NCBI GenBank assembly: GCA_043228905.1
Contig: JBHGNT010000041.1
Coordinates: 1 to 64,000, forward strand
From: Azolla caroliniana
Taxonomy: Eukaryota; Plantae; Polypodiophyta
Length of the DNA: 64,000 bases
Direction of reading: 5' to 3'
The translations under genes and the position numbers were made by a program. Below the pieces are notes generated by a model, which did no database searches, had not been told where the DNA came from, and saw nothing but the letters and a program-made list of their open reading frames with translations. This document shows, piece after piece, positions 23,997-37,883 of this stretch (the first letter of the stretch is position 1; every line of letters begins with the position of its first letter).

Positions 23997-24876
23997 TGTC
24001 GGGGTAGTTGTGGTTCGTGTAGCGAAGTCAGAAGGACTAAGGTTAAGGGGAGTTGAAGGAACTTTTATAAGGCTTGCGCACAAATGTTAGGAAGATTAAG
24101 GATAAGAAGAATAAGAGTTTAAAGTAATGTGTGTGTGTGAGAGAGATGAGTATAGATAAAAGAAAGCGACAATGTATGATTCAAGAAGCAAGATAGAGAC
24201 AAAGTATGATTTAAGAAAAAAAAGTATATGATATGAACATGATATATATTACGAATACAAGATTTTACCAACTTTACAATGCTTGATAGCAAGATGAACC
24301 CTTTCTCTACCGACTCTTGATTCGAACCCTTGACTCCAACTTGGAAACACGAGCCTCTTCACCAACAAGCTAAAAACGTTTGTTTCTTTGATTATCTTAT
24401 TTCTCTAACTTTCTCTTCTTGATTGATTACCTTGTTTTCCCCTTTTGTTTTCCTTTCCCCTCTTTTTATAAGTATTGCCATGCATATGGTAATGTGTAGT
24501 AGCATGGCATGCATGAGTTACATGTGATGCATGATCGCCATTTGGCGCACATGCATTGCATGTGATGCATGATAGCCATCATGCTCATTTGAGCTCCCAT
24601 GTATGAACAAATATATGGGATAAGTATAATGATGGATATGACCCTAAAATAAATATCCTAGCTTAGTGGTGTATGCTTTGTGCTTGATATACAATATTTA
24701 CGTTTATTCTTATATAGTGAAGCACATTCTTGAGAACATTTCTAAAAACAAATAGCTTACCCTAGTGGTATATACATTGTGCTTGGTTTATAAGGTTGTG
24801 GGTTCGAGTTTTTGAAATATTATTGAATTTAATATTTAAATTTATTTTTATATCGTGAAGCAAATCCTTCACGACA
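23997..24876. mobile_element. Probable solo LTR (about 880 bp) inserted in the protease region of chromovirus copy 2
   Basis: Termini TGTCG...CGACA. The host sequence resumes on both sides, with an imperfect TSD acg(c)t. There is no coding capacity. Confidence 0.7.
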
Positions 24877-25064
24877 ACGCTAGATTATCTAGGACAATAT
24901 TAACAAGCTCTGACTCTTCTATGATATTTCCGAAAGCAATGGGACGACCATCAATGACTACTACAGAGGTTGGACATGGGAGTTTTCTAAAAGATATCTG
25001 ATGAGTTTGGCAAAATTCCTATCCATGAAGCAAGAATTAGCTTCGGAATCTAGAAGTGCTAAGA

Positions 25065-28000
25065 CATAGCACTCTGGCTCGCCTTCATCAGTCAAGAGGA
25101 TGTATTGACTAGCATATGTTGTTGGTGCTCTCATTTCTCTGAGTGGGTATCTCCTTCCACTCATTGTCGGCTCTCGTTTGAGTGTCTCTCCTGACTCTCC
25201 TCTTTGCTTGGGTTCATATATGTTGATTGGCTTCTCAAGGTTGGACAATTCCAACTCGTATTCCTCGATCGACCTTAACAGTTTTGTCGACTCAGTCTCA
25301 TAGTCAGTCGGCTGGTCTCTTCGAGGTGACCAACTCGGAATCGGATGTTCTGACTGGTTGTCTCCGAACCGTCGACTGTGTCGGTTCACTTAGCCTCAAC
25401 TCGATAGTAGTGGAGGTTGACTGGTTAGTCTACTTCAATTGCTTCCAGTTCTCTATTGCTCTTGTTTTCCAAGAAGACTACGTCCCGACTCCTCACTACC
25501 TTCTTATTGACTAGGTCCCATAGCCTATAGCCAAACTCATCTTTAGAGTATCCCATGAATATGCATGCTTTTGACATTCTGTCGAGTTTCGCCCTCTGAT
25601 CCTTCGGTACATGCATATACACCAAACATCCGAACACCCTCAGATGTTGGTAGGTGACATCCTTTCCCGTCCACACCCTTTGTGGGACATCGCTCTTCAA
25701 TGGCACTAAGGGAGACCTGTTGATCAGGTAAACAATTGTATACATCGCCTCAACTCAATAAGAATTCGACAGTTTAGCAAGAGAGAGCATGTTCCTCACT
25801 CTCTCCAAGATTGTTCGATTCATCCTCTCTGCAAGCCCGTTCAACTCAGGGGTCTTCGACACTGTGTATTCAACTCGAATACCTTGGGCCTTGTAGTATT
25901 CCTCAAAACTGCCCTCTATATTCACCACCGTTGTCGGTTCGGACAACCTTCAACTTCCGACCCGACTCTCGTTCAGCTCTTGCCTGGAACTCCTTGAAGA
26001 ATGACAGTACTTGATCTTTTGATTTTAATACAAAATCCCACAACTTCCAACTGTAGTCATCAATAAAGGTTACAAAGTATTGTCCACCTCGGTGTGATGG
26101 AGCATCTACATAGCACACATCCGTGTGTACTAGTTCCAGTGGCACTTCTCTTCTCCCTGGTGGTCTAGAGTGGAATGTTGCTCTGTTCTGCTTTCCGATT
26201 AAGCAGTCGACACACTTCTCTAGGGGCACTCCCTTGACTTCTGGTAGGAGTTTCTGGTTGGCTAACAAATGCAGTCCCTTCTCGCTCATCTGGCCTAGCC
26301 TCTTATGCCATATCTCTTCTACTGAGTTAGCTGCCATGTTCACTTCCGACTTGCACAATCGAACATGCATCATATACAATGTGCCTTCTTTCTGTGCTCG
26401 GGCCACTATAAGATTTCCTCAGCAGAACTTCCACTTGTCATTCTGAAAGCTACCACTGCAACCTTCATCATCCATCCTTCCAGTCAATATCAAATTCAAT
26501 CTAATATCGGGGACGTGTCGAACATCCTTCAGAGTTAGCCGACATCTTGTCGACGTCGTCAAGTGGACACTTCTGACTCTGGCTATTTTGCACTCTCCAC
26601 TGTCACCCATCTTTACGTAGCCATGATCCCCGGCTATGTAAGTCGAGAAATACTCTCTCGATGGAGTTATGTGGAAGGATGCACCAGAGTCGATCACCCA
26701 AGTGCATTCTTCGCTTGCAAGGTTTGCACTTGTTTGTTCGCAAATGAACAAAAACTCTTCATTGCTCGTAGCAATGGCCGAAGTGTTCTTCTCATCAGGA
26801 ATCTTCTTGGGTTCGACATTGTCTCCAACAAACTTGTCTTTTCTCATTTGTCAACAATCCTTCTGGAAGTGTCTAGGCTTTCCACAATAAAGCACATGAG
26901 CTTACCTCTGGACTTTGACCGGGCTTGAGACTTTTCTCTCCTTGGTGGACTTCTTTGCCGGTTCCTCCCTCTACTAATGTGTTGAGTCAAATTTGACTCA
27001 GACTAGACTAGAGCACCCTTGTCCTTCCTTCTCACTTCCTCATTCAGGATGCTTGTCTTCACCGCTTGTAAAGACAAGTTCTCTTCTTGACATGAGGTGC
27101 TGAGAGTAACCACCAGGTTCTCCCACTTATACAGCAGTGTGCCCATTAGCAAGATGGCCTGCATGGCATCATCGAGGGGAAACTTGGTTGCATCAAGTTG
27201 ATTCACATACCCCATGAATGTGTTGATGTGTTCGACAATGCTCTCACCGTCTCTGTATTTCAGCCATACAATCTTTCTCATTAGTGAGGTTTTATTGAGG
27301 GCGTTCTTCCTCTCATATAGACCTGACAGTTTCTGCCACATCTCGTGAGCATTCGTGTCATTCGCCATATGTTGAAGGACACTTACATCGACGCACTGTC
27401 GAATGGTGGCCACCGCCTTCCTATTGAGAAGTTTCCATTCCGACTCTAATACCCCCATGGGTATTTCTGCTTTGTCGATGGGCTCGTACAAGTCTTTGAC
27501 TATGAGAAAATCCTCCATCTTTCTCTTCCAGTCTACATAGTTCTAAGAGTTCAGAACTATCATTCCTGGGAAGCCGCTCACACCTCCTTCCATGCTTGCA
27601 CCTCAAGCTCTAATGCCAGTTTGTTGAGAAACGAATCGTCAATCCGCAATAAAAGGAATGCGTTGAAATACACAGTTGGGAAACACAGAAGATAATATGC
27701 ACTGATGTTACGTGGAAACCCTAAAGCGAGAGAAAACCATGAAGAACAAAGCTTCATTATATATAATGAATATACAAGGACAAGATTAGAGTACAACACT
27801 CTCTAATCTGAATGTATCGGCCACGTAGGGCTCTTATCCAGCACGCCTATGTTGCTGCTCACACAGTCTCTCCCCCCCCCCCCCCCCCCTCTCACTCTTC
27901 TCTATCATTCTCTACAACTATACATTTGCCCTAGGCGTATTTATACTAATACATCATATGGGTTACTTACAAGTGTAGCCCCTACTACAGATCGCTACTA

Positions 28001-28169
28001 TTATTATAGCTATAATAATAATAGTCAACAGTTAATCAGTTGACTCCCTATTTGTTAACTCTTTGACTGTCGGCTCTCCTCGGCCCGAACAGTCGGCTCT
28101 TCCTTGTCTTCAACTATCGGCTACTTCCAAACAATCAGCTCCTCCCACGGGAGGGATATATTCCCAACA
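25065..28169 (-). mobile_element. Degenerate Ty1/copia element C (5' LTR, gag, PR, INT; RT deleted)
   Basis: LTR at 27622-28169 (tgttg..cccaaca), degenerate iMet PBS at about 27607-27618, gag MEDFLIVKDLYEPI, WVIDSGAS and integrase. It is fused to the gypsy protease at about 25065-25067. Confidence 0.85.
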
Positions 28170-29228
28170 CTTTCTAATAGATATGCCACAAGTTACAACT
28201 CAAGGGTATTCAATTGGATTGAGCTTTGTCATTCTTGTTTGAATATACTAAACGTACACATCTTTTATCATCATAAATTGTTTGTTTACTGCATACACCT
28301 TCCTAACACTTGGTATCATGAGCAAGGATTAATTCATCTCTTGTTTTCATATATTGGTTTATATATTGCAATACTGTGGAATCATCTAATGATGGTTGAG
28401 TACATTGTGGAATTTAGTTTCATAGGGGATTTCTTTTGCCAATGCAATCAAAGACATCACTAATGAAGCAAAAGTTTTTATGTGCAAAAGGGCAACCATA
28501 GTTTTCAATGCTAATTCTAGTAGGAATATGAGTTGTAGAGTGTTTGAGGTATAAGACCCATAGAAAGCTTGTGCTATCGTGGCGTCGTGGCAAACTTGTA
28601 AGAGTGGGGCATTAAAATGATGTTTAAGTTACCACTCCATTAATTTCCATACATTCTATGTATAGTCAAAATATCTTTAGGTCTTTTGAAAAAACTTCAA
28701 GATCCTTCTCAATTGCCATAGAGACCATCTAGAAGCATTGACATAACACTTCAATTAACTGAAGTGATAACCTTGTAACACTACAAAGATCTACTCAATG
28801 AAGCAAAACTACATGTGTCAGACAAACATAGAACTCAAAAAAGAAAAAAAAAACTGATGCCAAACAAAAGTAAAGATCAACAGATAAAAGAAAGTAGCAC
28901 AAGCCAAAGGAAATATAAGAAACATAAAATAAGGCACAAAAACCAGTGATTTCAAAATGTATTATGTGAATAAAAATTATATGGTGTAGTGGAATACTCA
29001 TACACAATGTATTTTGTAACCACTAAAAGCCCCTATCTTGTTGTCAGTAAGATATGAAAGCAATTATCGCTAATGACTTAGAAAAAACCATGGTTAAAAT
29101 ACAATTTGAAGGAATACACGATAAACCAAAATCTTTGAGCTCTAAAAAAATGGCATATCCTTGTATGAATACCTGGATTATTCCATTTCACACTCGGTTG
29201 AGAGAAAGAAACATAAAAGCATCGTAAC

Positions 29229-32200
29229 TTAGCATTTATTCAGCATCCCACGACCGAAATATTCGGCTATGACCGAGAATCCATCATCTGAATTCCTCAA
29301 CAACTGGAAGAACCGATCGTGATCATTGGCATTTTGCTCCAAATTATGCTTCATATCGAGCAAAGTGCGATTCGAGGGAGCGCAAATGGGGCACTCCTTC
29401 TCATTATCACCAAGACAACGTTGATGGAATGAATGCATACACAAGAAATGAACAGCGGGAAGATCCAAGGCCGAAGTGCATGCAGAGCATTTGCTTAGTT
29501 GGAAAATCCTTGCATTTGTCCGAAGATCATGGATCTCTTTTCGCATCAAAATAGTTTCTTTCTGCAGACAAAAAGCAAAAACAAAACAATGAAAATATCC
29601 ATAAATGAGCAAAATATAGCAAGACATTCATTAGATGGCACACAATGTGTTAAACATGTTTACCTTTCATAGTCAAACAAGATGTATGGATATAGTTTTG
29701 GTTATAGGTTCCATATGTATGAACTCCTAGTTGTAGTTTCTACTTTTCGGTAACAAAATGAACGTTTTCGTTTCTGTTAAAAAAAGTATGATTGTTCCAA
29801 TACACTGGTCACACATGGAAACAGACCGAATGCATAAGGTTAGAGATAAGGAGGAAAACATCAGTACAACTAATTATAGTGATTGACCATTTGAGCATAT
29901 ACTGTTAATTGCCTGGCTTTCAACATGATTACAAAAGAGAGGAAATGGAGAACAGATATCATTAAAGTGGACAGTGAGGACTTGGATCAATTTAAAAGAT
30001 GACCCATTGTTAAGCCCTTCTCTTTATGTCCCCTAGATGATTTCATTGTTCAACCAAGTATGTGGAGAAAAACACACACCCTTTGCACAATGATAGGTCA
30101 GGTCTAGACATCAGTTCATCAACTGAGGATAAAGACAGGACAATATACAAATATAGCTTTTGTAGAACACATGTCAGCTTTGAAATCAAGAAGTTGAATA
30201 TGAGGAGCATTATGCATGTCTGAAGAGGATATCCTAGTCTCTTTGGAGAAGAATTCGGACCTCTTGGTAGAGTGATTGAACACACTGACAAAGGATGCCT
30301 AGGAACTTTTATTCATGAAAAAAAGAGCCTCTTGAGGAAGAGGGTGACACTCACAGATCCATCTATAACAATAGAAGATTTATGAGAAGTTTCTTCTATA
30401 CGGATATACATACACAAGAACCACCCATCTCCAACAGGTGGTTGTAGCTTCAAGTGAGTGAGGGACATTTTCTATGTCTTGCCTCCAACACCATGGCCCA
30501 TCCATCCGTACCTGAACACAGCCATGTAATAATACAATTAAAGGAGGGCTTCAGAAGCCAGAAATTTCTGTCTGCAGATATCATTGATCAATCACCTCTC
30601 TTGGTGAGTATTGTAGTTACCCATAACTAGATACATCTATTAAAATGTTTATATTTCCCAAAGCTAGATTAAGAAACACATTTCTTTTGTTTTCTCTCTG
30701 ACAAAATGGTCAAGAGATCTCATCCACATATAACCCAAAGAGCATTGGAGAGAGAGTAGGGCCCCCTCTTTCATTACAATGGCGAGTGAAAACCCCTCGA
30801 GGCGCAGGACTCTACACACTACTGTTTGGTAAATAAAATGCATGGAGAAGGCAATGCCAAAAAACATACATAATCAGTACACAGACCATCTTCCTCAAAA
30901 AAACATGGAATACTCTTCCATCGCTATAAATATTTCGAATACCTGATACTTATCAATTGTTTTCTGGTCCTCTTCAATGAATTGTGATATCTGTTGAAAC
31001 TGGCGAGCAATATAGTCTTTCACAACTGTTAATTTCAAAGTTGGGTTTTTGGCAAGCGTCTGCAATACGATAAGAGGAGGAAGCAGATTATCTTTTTCAA
31101 CATACGTAAGAACTTCCTTCACTTCCTTGGAACAGTCTTCTCCCCGTTCCCCGAAATACTGCAGCACATCAGACCAAAGCGAAGAGTCTCCACCCCTACT
31201 AGAATCAGCTAATCTCTTGCAGCAAGAAATAAGTCCCTGATAATCTTTGTCTTGCATATAGCAAGCCATGACATCCTTATAAAGTTTCATTTTTTCATAC
31301 AAAAAGAGAAGACCATCTCTAAACCCATGCATTTCACACAGCACAACTGCCAGATCTTCATCATATCGAGGTTGTTGTTCATGAGGAGGCCATCCACTCT
31401 TAAGCAATGCTAGACCTTTCATACGCCGATCTGCTCGTTCTTCTTTTGACTCTACGAGAAATTCTCCAGCTGCCACTTCTGCTTTACCTTTACTTGTTCT
31501 TTTAGAAAGCAAATCAGTCGAGGAATATCCACCCCTTGATGATACCTTAATATTCAGACTTTTAGACCTGTTCAAACTAGTTTGATTTGTATCTATCTTC
31601 TCCGGTGGTTGTGACAGGCTAGGTGCAGAAATATCTTCAGAAAGATAAAGTTCCAAAAGGGTATTATGTATCTCTACATGGGCTAGAGATTCTTTCACCT
31701 TCGCGATATACTGTTCCAAGAAAAACATCAGCTCTTTAGGCTGGTCAACAAAAATGTGTACAAAATCTACAGGGGATGGGAGATATTCTGGCACACCGTT
31801 GCTGTGTATACTATTTTGCGGTCCATCTCCAACACAAATACCCAATAGTACATCAATAGTTTCTGCCGGTTTATGGCAAACAAGAATTTTCCCATATTGT
31901 TTCAGTCTTAAAGCAGACTCATACAGTGAAAGGCTGGCGATGTATTGAAAAGCTTCGTCGTATCCACCTAAATCCTCAAGCAATATTTTCAAATACCACT
32001 CATGTTCACCAGCTTTTTTTGCAACATACATAGCATGTTGGTGATAACCTGCTGCACGACACACCTTCACAGCTGTCTCTACATCAAACCGAAGCTCCCC
32101 ATCTCCTTTAATGAAGTCATCCAATTTCGCCACAGCTTTAAGTTTCGTAAAACAATTTATCAAGAGAGTTGTATGGTCAGGAGTAGCCAAACCCTTCTCA

Positions 32201-34843
32201 TGAAGCTTCTCTAAATAGTTTGTTAGATTGTGGATTCTCTGTGCATCTAGAAACTTCTGGATCACATATGATGGTTCTAATTGTCCTATTGTCCTGATAT
32301 ATTGGGCCATTGCTTCATCATAATCTTGTTTTCCATATAAATGATCGCCATACTTCCGCAAAACTTCAGCTATTGCTGCCGCATCTTGCTGACTTTGTAC
32401 TAAATTGATTGCAACAGTGTATAAACTCTTCCGGAATAGCAGTTCAAGTTTGCTCTCCATATCCTTTTCTCCTAAATAAATCACACTGTGATCATCCGTA
32501 AGTATTATAATATTACCCCATTCGAACAATACGTGAGCGACCTTTCCAATTGGAAAACTGTATGCAATCAATTTGTTCTTTAAATCATAAATGTTAAAAA
32601 CACTCTTATCTGGTCGTCTCTGGTCTCCTATAACTAACAGAAGATACCCCCTAAACCACCCCACAAAACTTTTCTCTCCTTCAAAAGCCCAGCACGGACC
32701 TCGCCCATCTGCATCGTAAAAATAGACCGCCTCAGGAAGTCCAACCACAAGATCCTGATAGAGAGTATTGTTATAAACAAATTATACATCTTTCTGCAGA
32801 GAATTTCAGAAAAAGAAGTTCAGGAATCAGCATAGATTTCAAACCTGATTGTCATTCATCGCCACACACCCTGTATCGCAACCATGTGGATCGAGAATGA
32901 TCTGGTTTGGGGTCTGTTCATGCATGTTAAACAAAGAGATGCAGTTCGTGGTCACGACAAAAAGCTGGCGTGCTTGACCATCCACTCGGAAACCAAGCCC
33001 TGTTATGGCTGACGCCATTTGACCATCTTTTGAAGAATTAACTACAAGTTTTAGACGTCCCATACCACCACGAGAAACCTCACCCTTTATGCAGTAAACA
33101 ACTCCTGTCTCTAGTCCCAAGCATATAAGCAACATTGGCGGTGCCTCTTCAAATACCAAGAAAGAAGTTATCTGCAGTACAATAACTATGCAATCAAGTG
33201 AAAATGCAGAAGAATTGATATCATTATGATATCCAAGAACCATCTTAAATAAGCAAGCATACCTTTGCTTCAGGATATTTATCGGTGAAGACCTGGAGAG
33301 ATCGAATACATGAAGGCCCAGTCGTGCTTGAGCCCTCCCCAACGGTTTTATCTAAATCAAATATCTTGAGGTAAATTGTGGAGAAAGGAACTGTCTCATC
33401 TTCACCAATTGTTACAAGCATATTTCTTTGCTGCAGAAAGGCATTAAAAGTCATCCAACCAAGACATTGTAAAGGTACATAATCACAATCCTATAATATG
33501 CATTAACTCTATATATCGAAACATAAGCATATGACTCACAGGACCAGAAAAATGTCCACTTAAGAGTGTACACAAATGCAAAAACAAACATATGTTATAT
33601 ATTAAAACCATAGATCATTAGATTCTACAAGTACATGTAGGTAGAGCCCAGAAAGTGGCGGCAGCGATGAAAGGAGCATGGTATCCCAAAAATGCTAGGA
33701 CTCAGCTAGTGTGAAAGTCCCAACTTTTTGGGGATAGCATGCTCCTTATAGACTTCATTTAGACAGAGAGCTCGGGTTCCACATGAATTTCTCATAATCA
33801 TTACTATATCTCTGAGACTCCTGGCTAAATTATACCATTTATATTGAAGCTCAATAAAACCTGCATCATCTTGATTTTTGGAGAGCCAAAGAAATTAATT
33901 ACCATCCTTTCGCAAGAGGAAGCATAGCAAGATATTGACTCACACTCTTTAAATCTAGAGAACATACTACCTACAAGAAGACGCATAAAGCACAGTAATG
34001 TCCATATGATTCTGATTTGGAATAACATGCTTCCAGTTTCAGAAAAGTATCTCCCATCTGCACATAACAATCTTACAACCATACCTAATGAACAGTGGTT
34101 TCTACATGAAAAAAAGCATACATCCATATCAGTGTACACATGATTCCCTATGTTTGAAAACAAGGTCTTGCCTTATTGTATTATATCTATCACTTTCAAT
34201 GCAAGGAACAATGTGATATCACATAATCATTGTGTTGGAGTCTTCCTAGAAAGCAAGGATTGTCTTCTTATAACATGTTACATACAAAAGTCTCTATCTT
34301 AGAAATAATGGCTTGTCTCAGAGTATCTTATCTAATTCTTTTACTCAAACACTAACCAATCATGCTTGGATCTGGATCCAACTACAAACATACATATATA
34401 TGTATAACTTAAACCAACAAACACACACAGATACACACATACATATATACACACACGGATATATACATACAACATAAAGATGTGTGTGTGTGTATATATA
34501 TATATATAACATATGCACATCTATACAATGTGCCAGAAACAAATTGAAAATTGGATCAATGGAAAAAGACATATTTTTCTCTATACATAAATAAACAAAT
34601 TTAGGAGAGAGTTCAGGCGAAGTGGACCTTGAGATGCTGAATGTGATGGACATGACTGGAATGAGCCAGAAAAGAGTGCGAAAGCTTAAGGTTCCGATCG
34701 AGGACATGAACGAGACCATTGCCTCTCTGCGCAACAAGAAGCTGACCCCGCCCACTCGTGCTGCAAACGATGTCCCCTCGAAGCTCCTCAGCACAAGACG
34801 TAGGCTTCTCCTCAAAGAACTGGAATTTCCTCCATTGATACAT
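29229..34843 (-). CDS. VPS11: Vacuolar protein sorting 11 (HOPS/CORVET core subunit), 5 exons, about 951 aa
   Basis: GT-AG exons with consistent phase: 34843-34628, 33430-33263, 33171-32845, 32754-30943, 29561-29229. Starts MYQWRKFQFFEE, has a clathrin-repeat region (KYGDHLYGKQDYDEAMAQY) and a C-terminal RING (CSACTSALDLPAVHFLCMHSFHQRC..CPIC). Confidence 0.95.
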
Positions 34844-36869
34844 TATATAAGCGTGTGTGTGTGTGTGTGTGTGTCTACTCTGTCTCTAAATCTGTCTGTC
34901 TCTGTTTCTGACTCTGTTTCTGACTCTGACTCCGTCTGTGTCTTAGGATCAAAGATCTAGATGTGGGTTTTCGCGATCAATCAAAAGTCTATTAGGAATC
35001 CCTCTGTTTCATGTGTTCTGTTTCTTGTTTTATGCATTGTTTTTTTTTGCTTTGGGTCTGTTTTCTCTTACCTCCATGTGTTTTGCTTCAATCAAAAGTC
35101 TATTAGAAATTCCTTCATTGAACACATGCTAAAGATTACATCCATCCATGATTTTTTTTTCAAGATTCTTTCCAGATTCTTTGAGATTCCATGCAATAAT
35201 AAATCATACACATCAAGATTCTTTGAGAATTTTGAGATACGAAGTGACTCGAGGTTCGATTCTCGCCAGCACATCCTGTATGCTCTCGCATTCAGTCTCT
35301 TGTGGACACTCATCATAATATACCTGCCCCCCTAACCTATCTATGCATCGAACAATATCTCATACATAATATGCATGTTTGTTTTGTCTGTCTATACATC
35401 GAGCACGATAGACTTGTCTGGCATAGCACTAGCAAATCATTCATCACTTATTGCACATGATGGTATAGGTTGGTTATTGGTTATACAATGAGGATGTTGT
35501 GCCGCATAGTTGCTCGACTCTCTTGTCACCATTATTCTTGCCCACTCTATACACATTCATGTTGAACACTAATCTTTTTGTATGTTTCTAAGGAGGAGTA
35601 AACATCGATGACTTGAAAGTCCACATATATATGTAAAGGCATCTTTATAGCTTCTTCAACCATCCTTTTTCGACGATTAGTTCTTCTAGTGTAGATTCAC
35701 TCATTAGTGTTAATTTTTGGACTCATCAACTATATTTGTGCTACAACAAACTCATTAAGATAGTAAACAATAGCTCGTTTGGTTAATCATTGGCACAAAT
35801 TAGTGATTCATCGTCATCGTCATCATTTGGAATGAAACATATTCTTGAAGCAGCACTACTAGAATCAGAACAAGAAACTTTAGTAGTTGATCATATTATT
35901 TATTTGTGTTTTAGCATCAATAATACTACAACCAATTTTGTGTTTTGGCATCAATGCCAATACCAAATTGTATTTCTGCATTGATCCTATCACCAATATA
36001 CATATTTTTAACAAAACTTCATATCAATTTTGTTGAACAAATCTTTCATTAATACCAATACTCTTGTGCATGCTCCATATTAACATGAGTGTCAAACGTC
36101 AAACCATCTTCTGAGACCACAATGTAGAAATCTTAGGACAAGTAGTCTATTAGGCCCTTTAGGACCTACCTCGAATATGTGTATGATCATCCGTAGAAAC
36201 TTAGCATGGCACGCCCCTTTTGTTATTGATTAGAATCAGATACACTTTGAGCAAGAATAGTGGTGATGAGAGAGTCTAACAATTACGCAACATGGCACCC
36301 TCATTGCGTAACCAATTAAAAGACCTCCAACATCCTCACAAAAGTTGTGTGACATGGTAAGAAGTGCTTTACTAGATTAAACCATTGAACATGTAAGTTG
36401 TGGAAAGGATGGGTAATTACATACTAATAAAGGTGAAATTCAATTTGTTGCTTTCAAGCATTCCCCCACATGCAATTCCTTATTTGAAAGGGTATCCCAA
36501 ATTTGTAATAAAACTTGTAGGAAGTACAAATTGGCTCGATGATTGTTCCACAACTGTTCTTGTTTTTTTTTTTTCAAAAAAAACAATTCTTCATTAGTAG
36601 AACTTCTGCATACATGATGAAATGATTAGACTGAAAGCATTACAATGGCTCTAGCCATGGTGACCTATAACAAAGCACAATAAAATCTAGCAATAAATGT
36701 TCAATCAAGTCAAAGTAGACACAATGCACAATATATGGATAAAATGCATTACAAAAACATACTAATAGCAATTCAACGCTAGGAAAAATTATGAATTTTG
36801 TCAAGAAACATTAGATTAATGAGTGTAAGAACCCTTAAAAGAAGTGAAAATGATGAAAAGAATTTCCAT

Positions 36870-37110
36870 TATACTATAAGAATTTGCCTTCCATGACATG
36901 GATAATGATGTGATGGGGAACAAGATAAAAATAAAAATGACCATATTGTTGGTAGTATCCCAACACATCTGTCATTCAAAATACTCAACATCGTTGAGAA
37001 ATACCATTTGCGAAGTTCACTTCTTTGAAGAAATAGTATGCCATCAACTCGCATTTGTTCATTACTTGGGAATACCAAGTAGCTCATTGTTTATCAATGC
37101 CTTCAATACG
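36870..37110 (-). mobile_element. Possible ancient gypsy integrase remnant
   Basis: Weak, frameshifted resemblance to the integrase core region; no intact motif. Confidence 0.25.
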
Positions 37111-37883
37111 ATTACATATGAAATTTGAATTGCAATACTGTTATCTGTGATTTGCAAATTGCATGGAAATAAAGAGTAGCTTAATGTTTATAGTTGTGTT
37201 CAGTACAATTACATATAAATTTGAACTGCATGTTATTACACTTAGGCCTTAGCTATATTCATCATACTATTACAAAACCGACGTTTTGGGGATGAGGTGG
37301 AGAGAGAGAACATGAAGGATGTATCACAAAAACTTGGAAGCATAACTAAAATGTGGCACAATTATAAGTTAAGCCACTGCTAGATTGTTTGGCCATATCT
37401 CCTCATAAATGGCATCCTGTTTTAATTGGAAAAATGTCTTTGGGTACATCTGAAGTTTGGCGTCGAGATTGTGATTGATCAAAACAAAAGGGATATTACT
37501 AGTGATTTATATCTTAAGCTAACTAGGGAAGAAAGATATCGCTACAGGATTCAACACCCAGGTGGATAACATATATACCTCACATTTGAGCCGTGCAAAA
37601 TTTGACGATTTTCTGGACAAAGTGAGCCAAGCCTGAAAAACCTTTTATAATAAAATACATAATGCTTTGTGTGTGAGTATAAACATCATCAGTAGTTGAC
37701 ACCCATATGTTTGGACCCAAGTCGAAATACTTAGCATCTACTCGGGACCATGTTTTTTTCTTTATGTTTCCAAGAGTAACAATGGTTGAAGTTATTCACA
37801 ACACAAAATGCAAGAATCATGCACAGAAAATATAAGCACTATCTGCTCCCTAGGATGTTGCCTTCCCAGGTTTTGATAATAAT

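Larger units (their letters stand above)
15416..25067 (-). mobile_element. Degenerate chromovirus copy 2 (same family), hosting copia B and a solo LTR; gag and 5' LTR deleted
   Basis: The 3' LTR at 15416-15869 is homologous to copy 1. INT/RH/RT fragments lie at 15870-17928, RT/PR at 23472-23996 and PR at 24877-25067, with several internal deletions. Confidence 0.88.

Noticed and set aside
34961-36600. Short ORFs between VPS11 and RING1
   Set aside because: AT-rich, with no recognisable domains or consistent splice structure.
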